Position numbers and translations under genes: made by a program. From an archaeon (lineage in GTDB: Archaea > B1Sed10-29 > WALL01), in NCBI GenBank assembly GCA_042584585.1, contig JBHOSQ010000004.1, forward strand, positions 8,786-72,785: a stretch of 64,000 bases of DNA, written 5' to 3'. Numbering within the stretch: position 1 is the first letter of the stretch; each line of letters begins with the position of its first letter. Shown piece by piece: positions 51,854-61,028 of this stretch. The notes under the pieces were generated by a model. It saw nothing but the letters and a program-made list of their open reading frames with translations, did no database searches and had not been told where the DNA came from.

Positions 51854-52825
51854 TTAAAGGGTTTTGATGAATTTCCGTGTCTTGGAAACGCATATGGCAA
51901 GCGCTTCGTCAAGGGCTTCTGGGTTTACTCCGTTTGCGCCGGCCGCCCCTGCATGCCCCCCGGCGTCGCCGCCGATTAGCTCGGCGATTGCGGGAAGGAT
52001 GTCCCGCCCCAAGTGAAGGCCTTTTCCGACTAGGTCATTTGTCGCCCTTGCGCTTATGCGGGCCTCGCCGTCCTTGGCCGCGGCGACGAACGATACGTCC
52101 GCGCCGATGCGGATTAACGAGCGTGCCACACTGCCCTCGAACGAGCTGACTTTGCTGGTGACGATTAAATGGCTGTCCTCACGCGTGACTTCCAGGCGCT
52201 GCGCGCCCTTGAGCCGCGCTATTTTTTCCGGCTGCTCGCGCGGGGCCGCGATGAGCTTCAGCACTTCCTGGAACGATGTTTTGGTTTCGGTGAGCGACTC
52301 GGAAAGCACGTGAAAGGCTCGGGGTGTCGCTGCGATGAAGTTCGCGGAGTCGGTGACTATGCCTGCGCACACGGCGAGGGCTATCTCTTTGGTGATGGGC
52401 TCGCCCATCCCATGGAGGAGCGAGTAAACGATTTGTGTGCCAGAGACCGCGGACTCGTCGACTATGCACTCGTCGAATTCTTTCATGACCTCTGGTTTTG
52501 GGGAGTGGTGGTCTATCAGCAGCTTTTTGCCGTTCGCTGCCTTCACTGAGTCTAGGTCGAAGAGGGTGGGGGAGTTGGTGTCAAGGACAATTATGCAGTC
52601 CACAGAAAAATCTGGGTCCTTGACCTCCAGTCCAAAACGGCCCGCAAACTCTGCGATTTGCCCGTTGACTGCGCCGGCGGCAGAAATAGTTGTTTGTTTG
52701 CCTTTGCTCTTCAGCGCGAGGGCGAGCGCGACTGCTGACGCGATGCTGTCTATATCAGGGGAGCGATGCGCCAGCAAGAGAAAGGAGTTGGATTCCTCGA
52801 TGATGGCGGCTGCTTTTTCACTCAT
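51854..52825 (-). CDS. DHH/DHHA1 phosphoesterase (NrnA/RecJ-like, about 324 aa)
   Basis: From the ATG at 52825: MSEKAAAIIEESNSFLLLAHRSPDIDSIAS, LLIDHHSPK, GGDAGGHAGAAGA. The start overlaps the prefoldin stop by 8 nt. The upstream part of the track ORF overlaps prefoldin out of frame. Confidence 0.75.
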   Translation of the reverse strand: MSEKAAAIIEESNSFLLLAHRSPDIDSIASAVALALALKSKGKQTTISAAGAVNGQIAEFAGRFGLEVKDPDFSVDCIIVLDTNSPTLFDLDSVKAANGKKLLIDHHSPKPEVMKEFDECIVDESAVSGTQIVYSLLHGMGEPITKEIALAVCAGIVTDSANFIAATPRAFHVLSESLTETKTSFQEVLKLIAAPREQPEKIARLKGAQRLEVTREDSHLIVTSKVSSFEGSVARSLIRIGADVSFVAAAKDGEARISARATNDLVGKGLHLGRDILPAIAELIGGDAGGHAGAAGANGVNPEALDEALAICVSKTRKFIKTL

Positions 52826-53141
52826 CCTTTTCAGACTCGCGAAGCTTCTTCTGTAGCTCCTCGAGGCGCTTCTTGATCTTTTCTTCTTGTGGGCCGAGCT
52901 TCTCGAGGCCTTCTTCTGCCTCTTTTTTCTGGTCATCGAGGCGCTTTTTGACGTCATCCTTGGTGCTCTCGATGAGCACGGCGCCGGTGGCAAAGTAGAC
53001 CTTGCCCTTGGCTGCGTCAAGCTCTTTGAGAGTGTTCTGGATTTCTGCGTTCCTTGCCTCGAGGGACTGTTTCTGCATCACTACCATTTGGTACTGCTGG
53101 CTGTAAGCCCGGAATTCCTGCATTTCTTCTTCGGTTGGCAT
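52818..53141 (-). CDS. pfdB: Prefoldin beta subunit
   Basis: 107 aa with a coiled coil / beta-hairpin / coiled coil layout: ...QQYQMVVMQKQSLEARNAEIQNTLKELD...KVYFATGAVLIES... Confidence 0.85.
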   Translation of the reverse strand: MPTEEEMQEFRAYSQQYQMVVMQKQSLEARNAEIQNTLKELDAAKGKVYFATGAVLIESTKDDVKKRLDDQKKEAEEGLEKLGPQEEKIKKRLEELQKKLRESEKDE

Positions 53142-53148
53142 TCTTTGT

Positions 53149-53370
53149 TCACCTCATTATTGACAGGCACGCGTCCAACAGCCGAAGGCTGCTGTTCGCA
53201 GACGCGCGTAGCGCGACTTTGTCGCTGCCGTGAATGTCTATTCTGATTTTTCCGTTGGTTGCCTCGGAGGAAAACGTCCCCCGCTTTGGCTTGGAGTCTG
53301 CGGTGAGTGCTTTTGCGATGGCGTCAGCCTTTTTTTGGTCGGCGACGTCCACCTCGATTTCTAGGTTCAT
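53149..53370 (-). CDS. pcc1: KEOPS subunit Pcc1-like
   Basis: 73 aa. ...ADAIAKALTADSKP...GKIRIDIHGSDKVALRASANSSLRLLDACLSIM. Conserved position in the superoperon. Confidence 0.65.
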   Translation of the reverse strand: MNLEIEVDVADQKKADAIAKALTADSKPKRGTFSSEATNGKIRIDIHGSDKVALRASANSSLRLLDACLSIMR

Positions 53371-53824
53371 GCTTTTCTGTCCTTATTGAAAGCCGCGGCC
53401 CGACTTCTTCCCCGTTTTGGAGGAAGGTGACCGCGTCTTTTTTTGCGGTGAGCATTGTGTCGCTTTCCTCGGCCTCGACGCCGAGTAATTTGGCGAACCC
53501 GATTTCGTCGTCAAGCCGTAGCGCGTCCGGCTTTTTGCATCGGCCGAAGTCCCGCGCGAGCTTCACGGACTTCAAGGGGATTTGTTTCCCCCATTCCCAG
53601 CCGGCGTCGTCTACGCTTAGGAAGCGTATGGACGCTGGGTTGCCGTGCATCTCCGTGATGACTGCCACGATGGGAAAGCCCATTTGGCGGGCTTTTTCAG
53701 CGACTTCGTCGACTGATTGCTTGCCCCTCGCCATGGCGTCTGAGCCGGGAACCATTCGCACGAGTTCTTTCACGAGCGAACGGACCCTTGCGCAGGGCTT
53801 GCGTGAAGTCGTGAACAGTGGCAT
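53324..53824 (-). CDS. Brix-domain (Imp4-like) ribosome biogenesis protein
   Basis: MPLFTTSRKPCARVRSLVKELVRMVPGS...RGKQS. Its 3' end overlaps the Pcc1 start by 47 nt. Confidence 0.75.
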   Translation of the reverse strand: MPLFTTSRKPCARVRSLVKELVRMVPGSDAMARGKQSVDEVAEKARQMGFPIVAVITEMHGNPASIRFLSVDDAGWEWGKQIPLKSVKLARDFGRCKKPDALRLDDEIGFAKLLGVEAEESDTMLTAKKDAVTFLQNGEEVGPRLSIRTEKHEPRNRGGRRRPKKG

Positions 53825-53953
53825 TTAATCTGCCTGCACTTGCTTCGCGAGTGGGGGGCGCTCCTTGGTTATAATCTTGTGGCCGCAGTAGGGGCACGTG
53901 ACAAACTTTTCGATGTCGTCAATCTTTTTTCCGCAGTTCTGGCAGTTGTACAC
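53825..53953 (-). CDS. rpoP: RNA polymerase subunit Rpo12 (RpoP)
   Basis: Not in the track (42 aa). Hand translation gives (V)YNCQNCGKKIDDIEKFVTCPYCGHKIITKERPPLAKQVQAD. The GTG start immediately follows the eL43 stop. Confidence 0.75.
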   Translation of the reverse strand: MYNCQNCGKKIDDIEKFVTCPYCGHKIITKERPPLAKQVQAD

Positions 53954-54475
53954 TTACTTCGCCTCCTCTTCTTCGACTGGAGCATCTTCTTTCCCAGAAG
54001 AACTAGAGGGGTCGCCAGTTGGCGACCCCTCTGTTGGAGTGTCCTGCTCTTCGGCTGGAGATTCTTCTGCTGCTTCAGCCTTTGGCGCCTTTGCCTTCTT
54101 TGCTTTCTTCGGCTTCTTCGATGCGGGCTTTGCCTTGGCTTTTTCCTTTTCTTCGTCTGCCTTGTCCTCTACATCGATTGCGGCGATGAGTTCTTCCTTG
54201 GTCGCGCCCTGGACCGCCCTCAGGCTGATTTTGCCGAGCCCGGTCTGTGGGACGTAAGCGCCGCCTGCCAGTTTAGTCTTGCACTTCGTGCACTGCCAGA
54301 TGCCGTTGGAAACCCGCTTGAGCGAAAGCTTCCCGCACTGGGGGCAGTCGTGCTTGGCTTTGGACTTTACCTCTACCTTGCGCACGTTTTCACGGATTTT
54401 TCTTCCGTATCGTGAGCCGAACCTTCCGGCGACCCCGACTTTCTTCGTTTTCTTAGACTTTTTCTTTTGAACCAC
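53954..54475 (-). CDS. rpl37ae: Ribosomal protein eL43 (L37Ae) with an acidic/Lys-rich C-terminal extension of about 80 aa
   Basis: ...GRFGSRYGRKIRENV...HDCPQCGK...WQCTKCKTKLAGGAY (canonical zinc ribbon), then ...EDKADEEKEKAKAKPASKKPKKAKKAKAPKAEAAEESPAEEQ...EEEEAK. Confidence 0.9.
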   Translation of the reverse strand: MVQKKKSKKTKKVGVAGRFGSRYGRKIRENVRKVEVKSKAKHDCPQCGKLSLKRVSNGIWQCTKCKTKLAGGAYVPQTGLGKISLRAVQGATKEELIAAIDVEDKADEEKEKAKAKPASKKPKKAKKAKAPKAEAAEESPAEEQDTPTEGSPTGDPSSSSGKEDAPVEEEEAK

Positions 54476-54485
54476 TTAAACCGCC

Positions 54486-55268
54486 TCACAACAGTTTTCT
54501 TAGTTCTTTCCCTTTCTTGAAGGAGAGGTCAATCAAGTCGTCGACTTCCTTCAGTGTGAAGGCACCTGTGCCACCCTTTTGCATGGCGCAGATGGTCTTG
54601 TCGAGGGTTGAAACCGTGAGCCTGGCGTCAAGCGCCATCTCTTCCGCAAGAGTTGGGTCAAGCATAATCGAGTCGCCGATTTTCACGGACGTGCACTCGA
54701 TTGGCTTCTTGGTGACGGGCAGCTTGCCCGCGGTTTCCTCGCGGATTACTTTGCCGTCCTCGTACTTCGGCATCTTCGCGTCAAGCAGCGCGGAAATCGC
54801 TGCCAGCGAGAACGCGTCGAACAGGTTGCCGTCGTAGTCAAGCGCGTGAAGGTCAACGATGACCATCCACACTGCCTCTTCCGGCGTGATACAAAGCTTC
54901 TCGAAGTCAATTGTCCCCGACTCGCGGATTCCGCGGTCGACAACCCTTGCGAGCTCGACTGCGTTCGGCCGCGGGGGGCCTGACTCGAAGAGTGGCGACG
55001 CCATGGGCGTCAATTCCACGCTGGTCATCAGTGTTCCGGCAGCGGGCTTGTCAGGGTACGGAGTGCCCATTACCAGGCTTACGCCTGCAAGCACCTTGGT
55101 GTCCCCGATTGTGACTAGCGCCGAGCCCGGTGAGTTGGGCACGTAGTTCTTCTCGAGCTTGATTTTGCGGTACTCGTCGTTCTTGCGCTTGTCTTCACGC
55201 ACGCCCTTCTTCGCGAGGGAGCGGGTGTAGTCTGTCTTGACTTCCCATGACACGTCTATGATACTCAT
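54486..55268 (-). CDS. rrp42: Exosome subunit Rrp42
   Basis: From the ATG at 55268: [39 protein letters not shown]...[19 protein letters not shown] overlap with the rrp41 stop. Confidence 0.9.
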   Translation of the reverse strand: MSIIDVSWEVKTDYTRSLAKKGVREDKRKNDEYRKIKLEKNYVPNSPGSALVTIGDTKVLAGVSLVMGTPYPDKPAAGTLMTSVELTPMASPLFESGPPRPNAVELARVVDRGIRESGTIDFEKLCITPEEAVWMVIVDLHALDYDGNLFDAFSLAAISALLDAKMPKYEDGKVIREETAGKLPVTKKPIECTSVKIGDSIMLDPTLAEEMALDARLTVSTLDKTICAMQKGGTGAFTLKEVDDLIDLSFKKGKELRKLL

Positions 55269-56005
55269 TTCGAGCCACCTCCTTCTTTGAAGGACGCTGT
55301 TAACGCTTTCTTCTGAAGCACGTAAATTTCCTTGGCTGCCTTGATTGACATTTCGGCTGCCTTGTGGAATTCTTCCTTGGTCAAGTCGCCGTCCATCTGC
55401 AGCAGCACGATTTCGTCTGTGCGCGGCAGGATGGCGATTGGCACGTCGGCCTGGCCGAAGTTGTCCTCTTTTTTGCCGAGGTCGAGCACGACAGTGTTGT
55501 CGATTTTTCCTGCGGCACACGAGACCACGAGGTCACGCATGGGCAGCCCGGCGTCGGCAAGCGCGACGCTTGCCGCGGTCAATGCCGCACAGCGCGTTCC
55601 CGCGTCTGCCTGGAGCACTTCCACGAACACGTTAATCATTGTGTTGGGGAAGTTTTCGACTAGCACAACTTTTTCGAGTGCTTCGGCCGAAATCTTGCTG
55701 ATTTCAGTGGACCTCCGGTCCGGGCCTGGGCGCTTCCGGTCGTCGACCGAGAAGGGCGCCATGTTGTAGCGGTATGTGAGGTACGCTTTGTAGGGGTTTG
55801 ACTTGTGCCTCGGGAGGCACTCGCGCGGGCCGTAGACGCCTGCCATTACCTTGTTTCCACCCCATTCGAGATATGCGGAGCCGTCTGCTTCCTTGAGCAC
55901 TCCCGCCTTTATCACTATCTTCCTTAGTTCGTCTGTCTTTCTTCCGTCCAGACGCTTTCCGTTTTTGATAAGCTTCAAATCACTTTTCATTCCCATCTTT
56001 TCCAC
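55265..56005 (-). CDS. rrp41: Exosome catalytic subunit Rrp41 (RNase PH)
   Basis: ...[47 protein letters not shown]. The start could be any of three nearby Met codons. Confidence 0.9.
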   Translation of the reverse strand: MEKMGMKSDLKLIKNGKRLDGRKTDELRKIVIKAGVLKEADGSAYLEWGGNKVMAGVYGPRECLPRHKSNPYKAYLTYRYNMAPFSVDDRKRPGPDRRSTEISKISAEALEKVVLVENFPNTMINVFVEVLQADAGTRCAALTAASVALADAGLPMRDLVVSCAAGKIDNTVVLDLGKKEDNFGQADVPIAILPRTDEIVLLQMDGDLTKEEFHKAAEMSIKAAKEIYVLQKKALTASFKEGGGSK

Positions 56006-56612
56006 CTGTCTCCAATAATTTCTTTATTCGGTCTGTAAGACCTTTAGTGTGAGCCTCGCGCTCAATCAAGCGGATGGCTTGTTCGGCACGGTTGATGTTT
56101 TCGTCAGTGCCTTTGATGTAGATTCGCCCGTTGCGGCCGACGAAAATGGTGCAGTCGCTTCCGTTGGCGAGAATGTCAATCATCGACGCCTTCTTTCCCA
56201 CTATGCGTGGGATTTTTACGGGGGAAACCTCAATCATTTTTCCGCCGTACAATGGCTTCGCGAAGTCCAAGTCAACTTTGTTGATTTCGTTGACGTGCTG
56301 GATTTCCATCATGAGCAAGTCGCCGGCATGGTACTTGGTGTCGCGGAAAAAAACCAGGTAGCCGGTGTACGCCGAGTTAATGTTCACGAAGCATCCCCTG
56401 CCCCTGATTTGCTCGACTACGCCAATGACTTGGTCTCCCTCGCGTGGAATGTACTTGCCGCTAAGTGGCACTACTTTTGCAAAGTCCCCACTCTCTTGCA
56501 CGAACCCCAGGACCGAGGCATAAATGTCGTTTCCACGCCGGAATGCGCCGTGTCCTGCTTTTAGTCCTTTCCCGTCAGCGATTTTCTCGCCGGGAATTAC
56601 AACTTCCCGCAT
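55980..56612 (-). CDS. rrp4: Exosome cap subunit Rrp4 (S1 + KH)
   Basis: [14 protein letters not shown]...[16 protein letters not shown]...[22 protein letters not shown]. Confidence 0.9.
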   Translation of the reverse strand: MREVVIPGEKIADGKGLKAGHGAFRRGNDIYASVLGFVQESGDFAKVVPLSGKYIPREGDQVIGVVEQIRGRGCFVNINSAYTGYLVFFRDTKYHAGDLLMMEIQHVNEINKVDLDFAKPLYGGKMIEVSPVKIPRIVGKKASMIDILANGSDCTIFVGRNGRIYIKGTDENINRAEQAIRLIEREAHTKGLTDRIKKLLETGGKDGNEK

Positions 56613-56638
56613 TTCTATCTCTTCCTTTCCAACAAAAC

Positions 56639-57334
56639 CTAGATTGTTTCTAACAGCTTGGTTTCGACCGCGCCGTGGGTTGATGAATTAAGTTTATCAT
56701 AAACGTCTGATTGGGCTCCCGCAGCCATTTCGACGACTGTGACGAGAGAGCCATCGTTCTTCCACTCCTCTTTAATCTTTTTGAGGTCGTGCAGGAGTCC
56801 GTACACCTTTCCGGTGTACTGCGGTGGCACGCGTATTTCGACGCGGACCGACGCGAACTTGATTGGGAGCACTGGCCTGAGCTTGTCGATGACTTCGTCG
56901 ACCTGCCTCGACGCGCTCTTGAACGGGTCAATGTGCACGTTTACTTCTTCCATCGCCGCCTCAATCCTCGCGGGCGGGTGGGGCAGTTTGTTCCGTGGGT
57001 CAATCGCGTTCTGGGCGATTGTGTTCACGATTTTCTTTTTCTTTGCCTTGACGATTTCCTTGCGCTGTTCCGTCGTTATTTGGATTTCGCCTTTCTTGAT
57101 TATTCTTTTCGCGACTTCGTTGAATTCGGTGGTGCCGAACGATTCCTTCAGGGCTTCTTCGCTGGCCTTTTCCGCTTTGGACGCGTCTTTGTAGACCTCA
57201 TCGGAAGCAATCCAATCAGCTACGGGAATTTCTTTTTCCTTGGCCTCGGCTGCCTTCTCGGGGTCCACCAGTATCTCGAAGTGGTGCCCGTGGCTTGTGA
57301 GCCTTGCGATGACAGCGTCGTCAAGCGAAATCAT
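56639..57334 (-). CDS. SBDS/Sdo1 ribosome maturation protein
   Basis: MISLDDAVIARLTSHGHHFEILVDPEKA... Confidence 0.85.
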   Translation of the reverse strand: MISLDDAVIARLTSHGHHFEILVDPEKAAEAKEKEIPVADWIASDEVYKDASKAEKASEEALKESFGTTEFNEVAKRIIKKGEIQITTEQRKEIVKAKKKKIVNTIAQNAIDPRNKLPHPPARIEAAMEEVNVHIDPFKSASRQVDEVIDKLRPVLPIKFASVRVEIRVPPQYTGKVYGLLHDLKKIKEEWKNDGSLVTVVEMAAGAQSDVYDKLNSSTHGAVETKLLETI

Positions 57335-58056
57335 TTTGCTTTCCCCTTAAGGGCCTTCTTCACGTCTTCCTGCGTCATCTTGGTGTACTTGCGGTCCGAC
57401 GTGGACACGTACGAAATCGAAACGGTCTCGGCCGACGCGGTTTTGTCGCCGACTTTTTTCAGTACCTTGAGCGCGAGCACCACGGCTTCATCGCGTGTTG
57501 CCTTTTGGTCGTACTCTTTTTCGAACACTGCCTCGACGTCCTTCTTGCCGGAGCCGATTGCCACGGCATAAACTTCGCTGAACGCGCCGCTTGGGTCTGT
57601 CTCGAAAAGCTTTGCCCCCGAGTCGTCGATACCCATTATCAGTAGTGATGTGCCGAACGGCCTGGTGCCGCCGTACTGCGTGTACATTTGCTTTAGGTCG
57701 CACACGCCTTTCGTGATTGCCTCGACACGCACCGGCTCGTTGTACGCGACTTTTTCGCGCTGCGCCTCGACACGCGCGTAATGGATTATGCGCCTTGCGT
57801 CCGCGACTAGCCCGGAAGTGGCTGCGCCGATGTGGTCATCTATCTTGAATATTTTTTCGATTGACTCGCTTTTGACCAAACGGGTCTTAAGGCTCTTGTC
57901 CGTCGCCAGCAACACGCCGTCGCCGTAAACAATGCCAACCGCAGTCGTGCCGCGCTTGACTGCCTCTCGGGCGTACTCTACCTGGAACAAACGTCCATCA
58001 GGTGAGAATACAGTAATCGCTCTATCGTATGCTGAAGAAGCCGGATACATTAGCAA
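57331..58056 (-). CDS. psmA: Proteasome alpha subunit
   Basis: ...SAYDRAITVFSPDGRLFQVEYAREAVKRGTTAVGI. Confidence 0.95.
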   Translation of the reverse strand: MLMYPASSAYDRAITVFSPDGRLFQVEYAREAVKRGTTAVGIVYGDGVLLATDKSLKTRLVKSESIEKIFKIDDHIGAATSGLVADARRIIHYARVEAQREKVAYNEPVRVEAITKGVCDLKQMYTQYGGTRPFGTSLLIMGIDDSGAKLFETDPSGAFSEVYAVAIGSGKKDVEAVFEKEYDQKATRDEAVVLALKVLKKVGDKTASAETVSISYVSTSDRKYTKMTQEDVKKALKGKAK

Positions 58057-58111
58057 AACACCTCATTTTTCTCGTTTCTCTTGATTCGGCGTATATTACA
58101 ATTCAAGCCCT

Positions 58112-58435
58112 TTAAAAACCTTTGGCTTTGCGGATTGTCTTTAGGGTGCCAGACACGCTTAAAACCGTGATTCTCGCCTTTTCGCCGCCCACGCGGTCAA
58201 CGAAAGCCAAAGCGACCAAAACGTTGTCAAGCCAGTCGTGGGTGCACCTGCAAATGCCTTTTCCGCGGGAATACTCGATTATCGAGAAATTGGCTTTTGC
58301 GTAGCCGTCCTCGCCGAACAAAGAAAGCACAGAATTGCTGACTGCCTGGGAAACGTCCTTCTCGACAGTGGGGCCATAGACCTTGAACTCGATGTACCTG
58401 CGCTTCTCTCGCAGCGTCGGGGGAAACGGCTTCAT
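58112..58435 (-). CDS. RNase P protein subunit Pop5 (Rnp2)
   Basis: MKPFPPTLREKRRYIEFKVYG... Confidence 0.8.
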   Translation of the reverse strand: MKPFPPTLREKRRYIEFKVYGPTVEKDVSQAVSNSVLSLFGEDGYAKANFSIIEYSRGKGICRCTHDWLDNVLVALAFVDRVGGEKARITVLSVSGTLKTIRKAKGF

Positions 58436-58890
58436 TTAGTGGCCTCCATCACGTATTCGGGTGCCTTGCTGATGGCCCACTTTGCCTGCTGCCGAGTGAG
58501 CCCCAGAAAAACGCCGAAAGCGATTAATTGCTCGGGGCTGCGGAGCTCGTGGTCGTTTTCCGCGCCCGTCGAGAGAATGACGCGGTTCTTTTTCTTGAGG
58601 CAGATTTGGATTAGCTTTCTGTAGGCCACGATGAGGCGGATTCGCTTGAACTTGCCTGCAACGAGGAACTGGCGGAAAGTGATTGCGACTGCGATGTCGT
58701 TGTCTTTCGCGACTTGGAGGGTCGCGGTGTCAATCGTCATTTTGCCGCTGTCCAGTGGGTCCAGCAGGACTTGGGTGCGGGAGCGGGCGATTTTTTTGTT
58801 GTCTTCCTCGCTGCCGCCTTTCTTGAATTTCACGGGCTTCGCTGGCGAAAACCCTTCTGCCTTCTTGCTGGCGAACAAGTCGTAATACAC
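58432..58890 (-). CDS. RNase P protein subunit Rpp30 (Rnp3), short form
   Basis: The C-terminal two thirds align by eye with the Rpp30 TIM-barrel C-half (...ILSTGAENDHELRSPEQLIAFGVFLGLT...). The likely start is the GTG at 58890, 23-30 nt from the TATA at 58912-58923. The track ORF extension to 59022 runs through promoter sequence. Confidence 0.65.
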   Translation of the reverse strand: MYYDLFASKKAEGFSPAKPVKFKKGGSEEDNKKIARSRTQVLLDPLDSGKMTIDTATLQVAKDNDIAVAITFRQFLVAGKFKRIRLIVAYRKLIQICLKKKNRVILSTGAENDHELRSPEQLIAFGVFLGLTRQQAKWAISKAPEYVMEATK

Positions 58891-59020
58891 GCGTTTTAAT
58901 GGGCAAAGGGGGCAATATAAAGGGATACGCTTATAAAGCCCCGCACGCAAAACATGGGTTACTCGCTTAGAGTGCCGTGAATGTGGGCGCGATGCCTGAA
59001 CGCGGAGGAAGTGACCAATC

Positions 59021-59596
59021 ATGGGTGCTTACAAGTACATTCAAAAGACTATGCAAAAGGAATACGCCAGTCGCGACGAGAACTACAAGCAGAGGCTCAT
59101 CGCTATGAGGCGCGAGCCAACTGTGACTAGGCTCGAAAAGCCCACTAACATCGCCCGCGCCAGGACCCTTGGGTACAAGGCCAAGCAGGGATTCGTCGTT
59201 GCACGCGTCAGGGTCACCCGCGGAAGCGGAATGCAGACCCGCCCCAACAAGGGCCGAAGGCCCAAACGCATGGGTGTCAACAAGCTGACGCGCGGCAAGA
59301 ACAAGCAGTCGATTGCCGAAGAAAAGGCGCAAAGAAAATTCGAGAACCTCGAGGTGCTGAACTCGTACTGGATTGCAGAGGACGGGCAGCACAAATGGTT
59401 CGAGGTCATCATGGTCGACCCGGAACACCCGAGCATCGCGAACGACGCGAACGTCTCGTGGGTGACGAGCCAAAGGAACCGCGTTTACCGCGGGAAGACT
59501 TCCGCCGGCCGCAAGGGCCGTGGCATAACAAAGAAGGGCACTGGCACCGAGAAGACGAGGCCCGGCATAAGAAGCAAAAAAAGGAAGGGGAAGTGA
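59021..59596 (+). CDS. rpl15e: Ribosomal protein eL15
   Basis: [15 protein letters not shown]...[34 protein letters not shown] lies 12 nt upstream of the ATG, so this mRNA is leadered. Confidence 0.95.
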   Translation: MGAYKYIQKTMQKEYASRDENYKQRLIAMRREPTVTRLEKPTNIARARTLGYKAKQGFVVARVRVTRGSGMQTRPNKGRRPKRMGVNKLTRGKNKQSIAEEKAQRKFENLEVLNSYWIAEDGQHKWFEVIMVDPEHPSIANDANVSWVTSQRNRVYRGKTSAGRKGRGITKKGTGTEKTRPGIRSKKRKGK

Positions 59597-59601
59597 TTTA
59601 G

Positions 59602-60144
59602 ATGGCAAAAAAAAGCAAGCGCCCGGCACGCTGCTACAAGAAACCGCCGAAGCACGCCTACACCCGCACCGCCAAGCGCGTGGTGAAGAAAGCGTTCGTG
59701 CGCGGTGTCCCCAACATCGTTATCTTCCACTTTGACATGGGCAAGTCCGGAAAGGCTTACAAATACATCGTGAAGCTCGTTTCGAAGAACCCTGTGCAGG
59801 TTCGGCATAACGCGCTCGAGGCAACGAGAATTGTGGTCAACAGGACCATCCAAAAAACGATTGGCGTCGAGAACTACCACTTCCAGATAAGGATCTACCC
59901 CCACCACGTCATGAGGGAAAACGCGATTATTTCGGGTGCGGGCGCAGACCGTCTGCAGACCGGGATGAGGCACGCGTTCGGCAGGCCCATCGGCAAGGCC
60001 GCGAGGGTCAAGCGCAACCAAGCGATGATGACCATCAAGGTCAACACCAAAGCCAACGCGGAAAAAGCCAGGGCGGCGTTCAAGAAAATCACCGCCAAGC
60101 TGCCGACCCCGTGCGCCATCGTCGTGGAAGAGCTCAAGAAATGA
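59602..60144 (+). CDS. rpl10e: Ribosomal protein uL16 (L10e)
   Basis: MAKKSKRPARCYKK...VRHNALEATRIV...RENAIISGAGADRLQTGMRHAFG. Confidence 0.95.
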   Translation: MAKKSKRPARCYKKPPKHAYTRTAKRVVKKAFVRGVPNIVIFHFDMGKSGKAYKYIVKLVSKNPVQVRHNALEATRIVVNRTIQKTIGVENYHFQIRIYPHHVMRENAIISGAGADRLQTGMRHAFGRPIGKAARVKRNQAMMTIKVNTKANAEKARAAFKKITAKLPTPCAIVVEELKK

Positions 60145-61028
60145 TTCCTGAAAGAGTCGTCAGGGAGCTGAAGCAAAACAAAAACACCCGAGTTCTCGTC
60201 CAGCTTCCTGAAGGCCTCAAGACCAAGGCAACCGAAATCTGTGGAGAGCTACGGCAAGCAGGATTCGAGCCCATTGTCTCCGGCGACCCGTGCTTCGGCG
60301 CGTGCGACCTAAAAACACTCAAGAACGCGACCACGCTGCACGTCGCGCACTCCGAATTCGTGAAGCAGGAAAATATTGTTTATTGGGAGTACGAGTACGG
60401 CCAGTCACTAATCCCGGCAGTCGAAAAGGCGTTGCCGCTGTTGGACAACAGCGTCGGGTTATTCACAACGGTGCAGCACCTGCAGCAGATTCCTGCCGCG
60501 AAGGAAGCGCTGGAAAAAGCTGGGAAGCAAGTATTCACCGCACCTGGCAAGACCACGAAGGAATACCAAATCCTTGGCTGTGACGCCGCGGGCGCCGTTT
60601 CGATTAAAGACAAAGTCGACTCGTTTTTGTATATCGGCGGAGGCAGGTTCCACCCCATCGCGATCGCGTACTACACAAAGAAGCCCGTGGTTGCCATCGA
60701 CCCGTTCTCGCTCGAGGCACAGGAAATCGATTCCGCTGCCTGGGAAAAGGAGCGCGCACTGCGGCAGACCAAAGCAATGAACGCGGACAGCTATGGCATC
60801 GTCGTTTCGTCCAAGCCGGGCCAGAAGAACTGGAACATTGCGGAGACAATAAAGAAAAAGCTTGAGTCCGCCGACAAAAAAACACTCGTCATTTACTTGG
60901 AAAACATTACTCCGGACACACTGCTGCCGTTCAATGTGGACGCGTTCGTGATTACGGCGTGCCCCCGCATCGTCGTCGACGACTGGAAGAACTACACGAA
61001 AGCAGTCCTCCTCCCGGAGGAGGCCTGA
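60141..61028 (+). CDS. dph2: Diphthamide synthesis protein Dph2 (2-(3-amino-3-carboxypropyl)histidine synthase)
   Basis: MIPERVVRELKQNKNTRVLVQLPEGLKTKA...DPCFGACD...ITACPRI. ATGA overlap with the uL16 stop. Confidence 0.8.
   Translation: MIPERVVRELKQNKNTRVLVQLPEGLKTKATEICGELRQAGFEPIVSGDPCFGACDLKTLKNATTLHVAHSEFVKQENIVYWEYEYGQSLIPAVEKALPLLDNSVGLFTTVQHLQQIPAAKEALEKAGKQVFTAPGKTTKEYQILGCDAAGAVSIKDKVDSFLYIGGGRFHPIAIAYYTKKPVVAIDPFSLEAQEIDSAAWEKERALRQTKAMNADSYGIVVSSKPGQKNWNIAETIKKKLESADKKTLVIYLENITPDTLLPFNVDAFVITACPRIVVDDWKNYTKAVLLPEEA

Noticed and set aside
52826-53020. N-terminal extensions of track ORFs: the DHH gene to 53020, and likewise rrp42 to 55520 and NMD3 to 47409
   Set aside because: The extensions are Arg/Ser-rich, overlap the upstream gene out of frame, and are followed by an internal Met or GTG that gives the canonical family N-terminus with the typical 4-8-nt stop/start overlaps.
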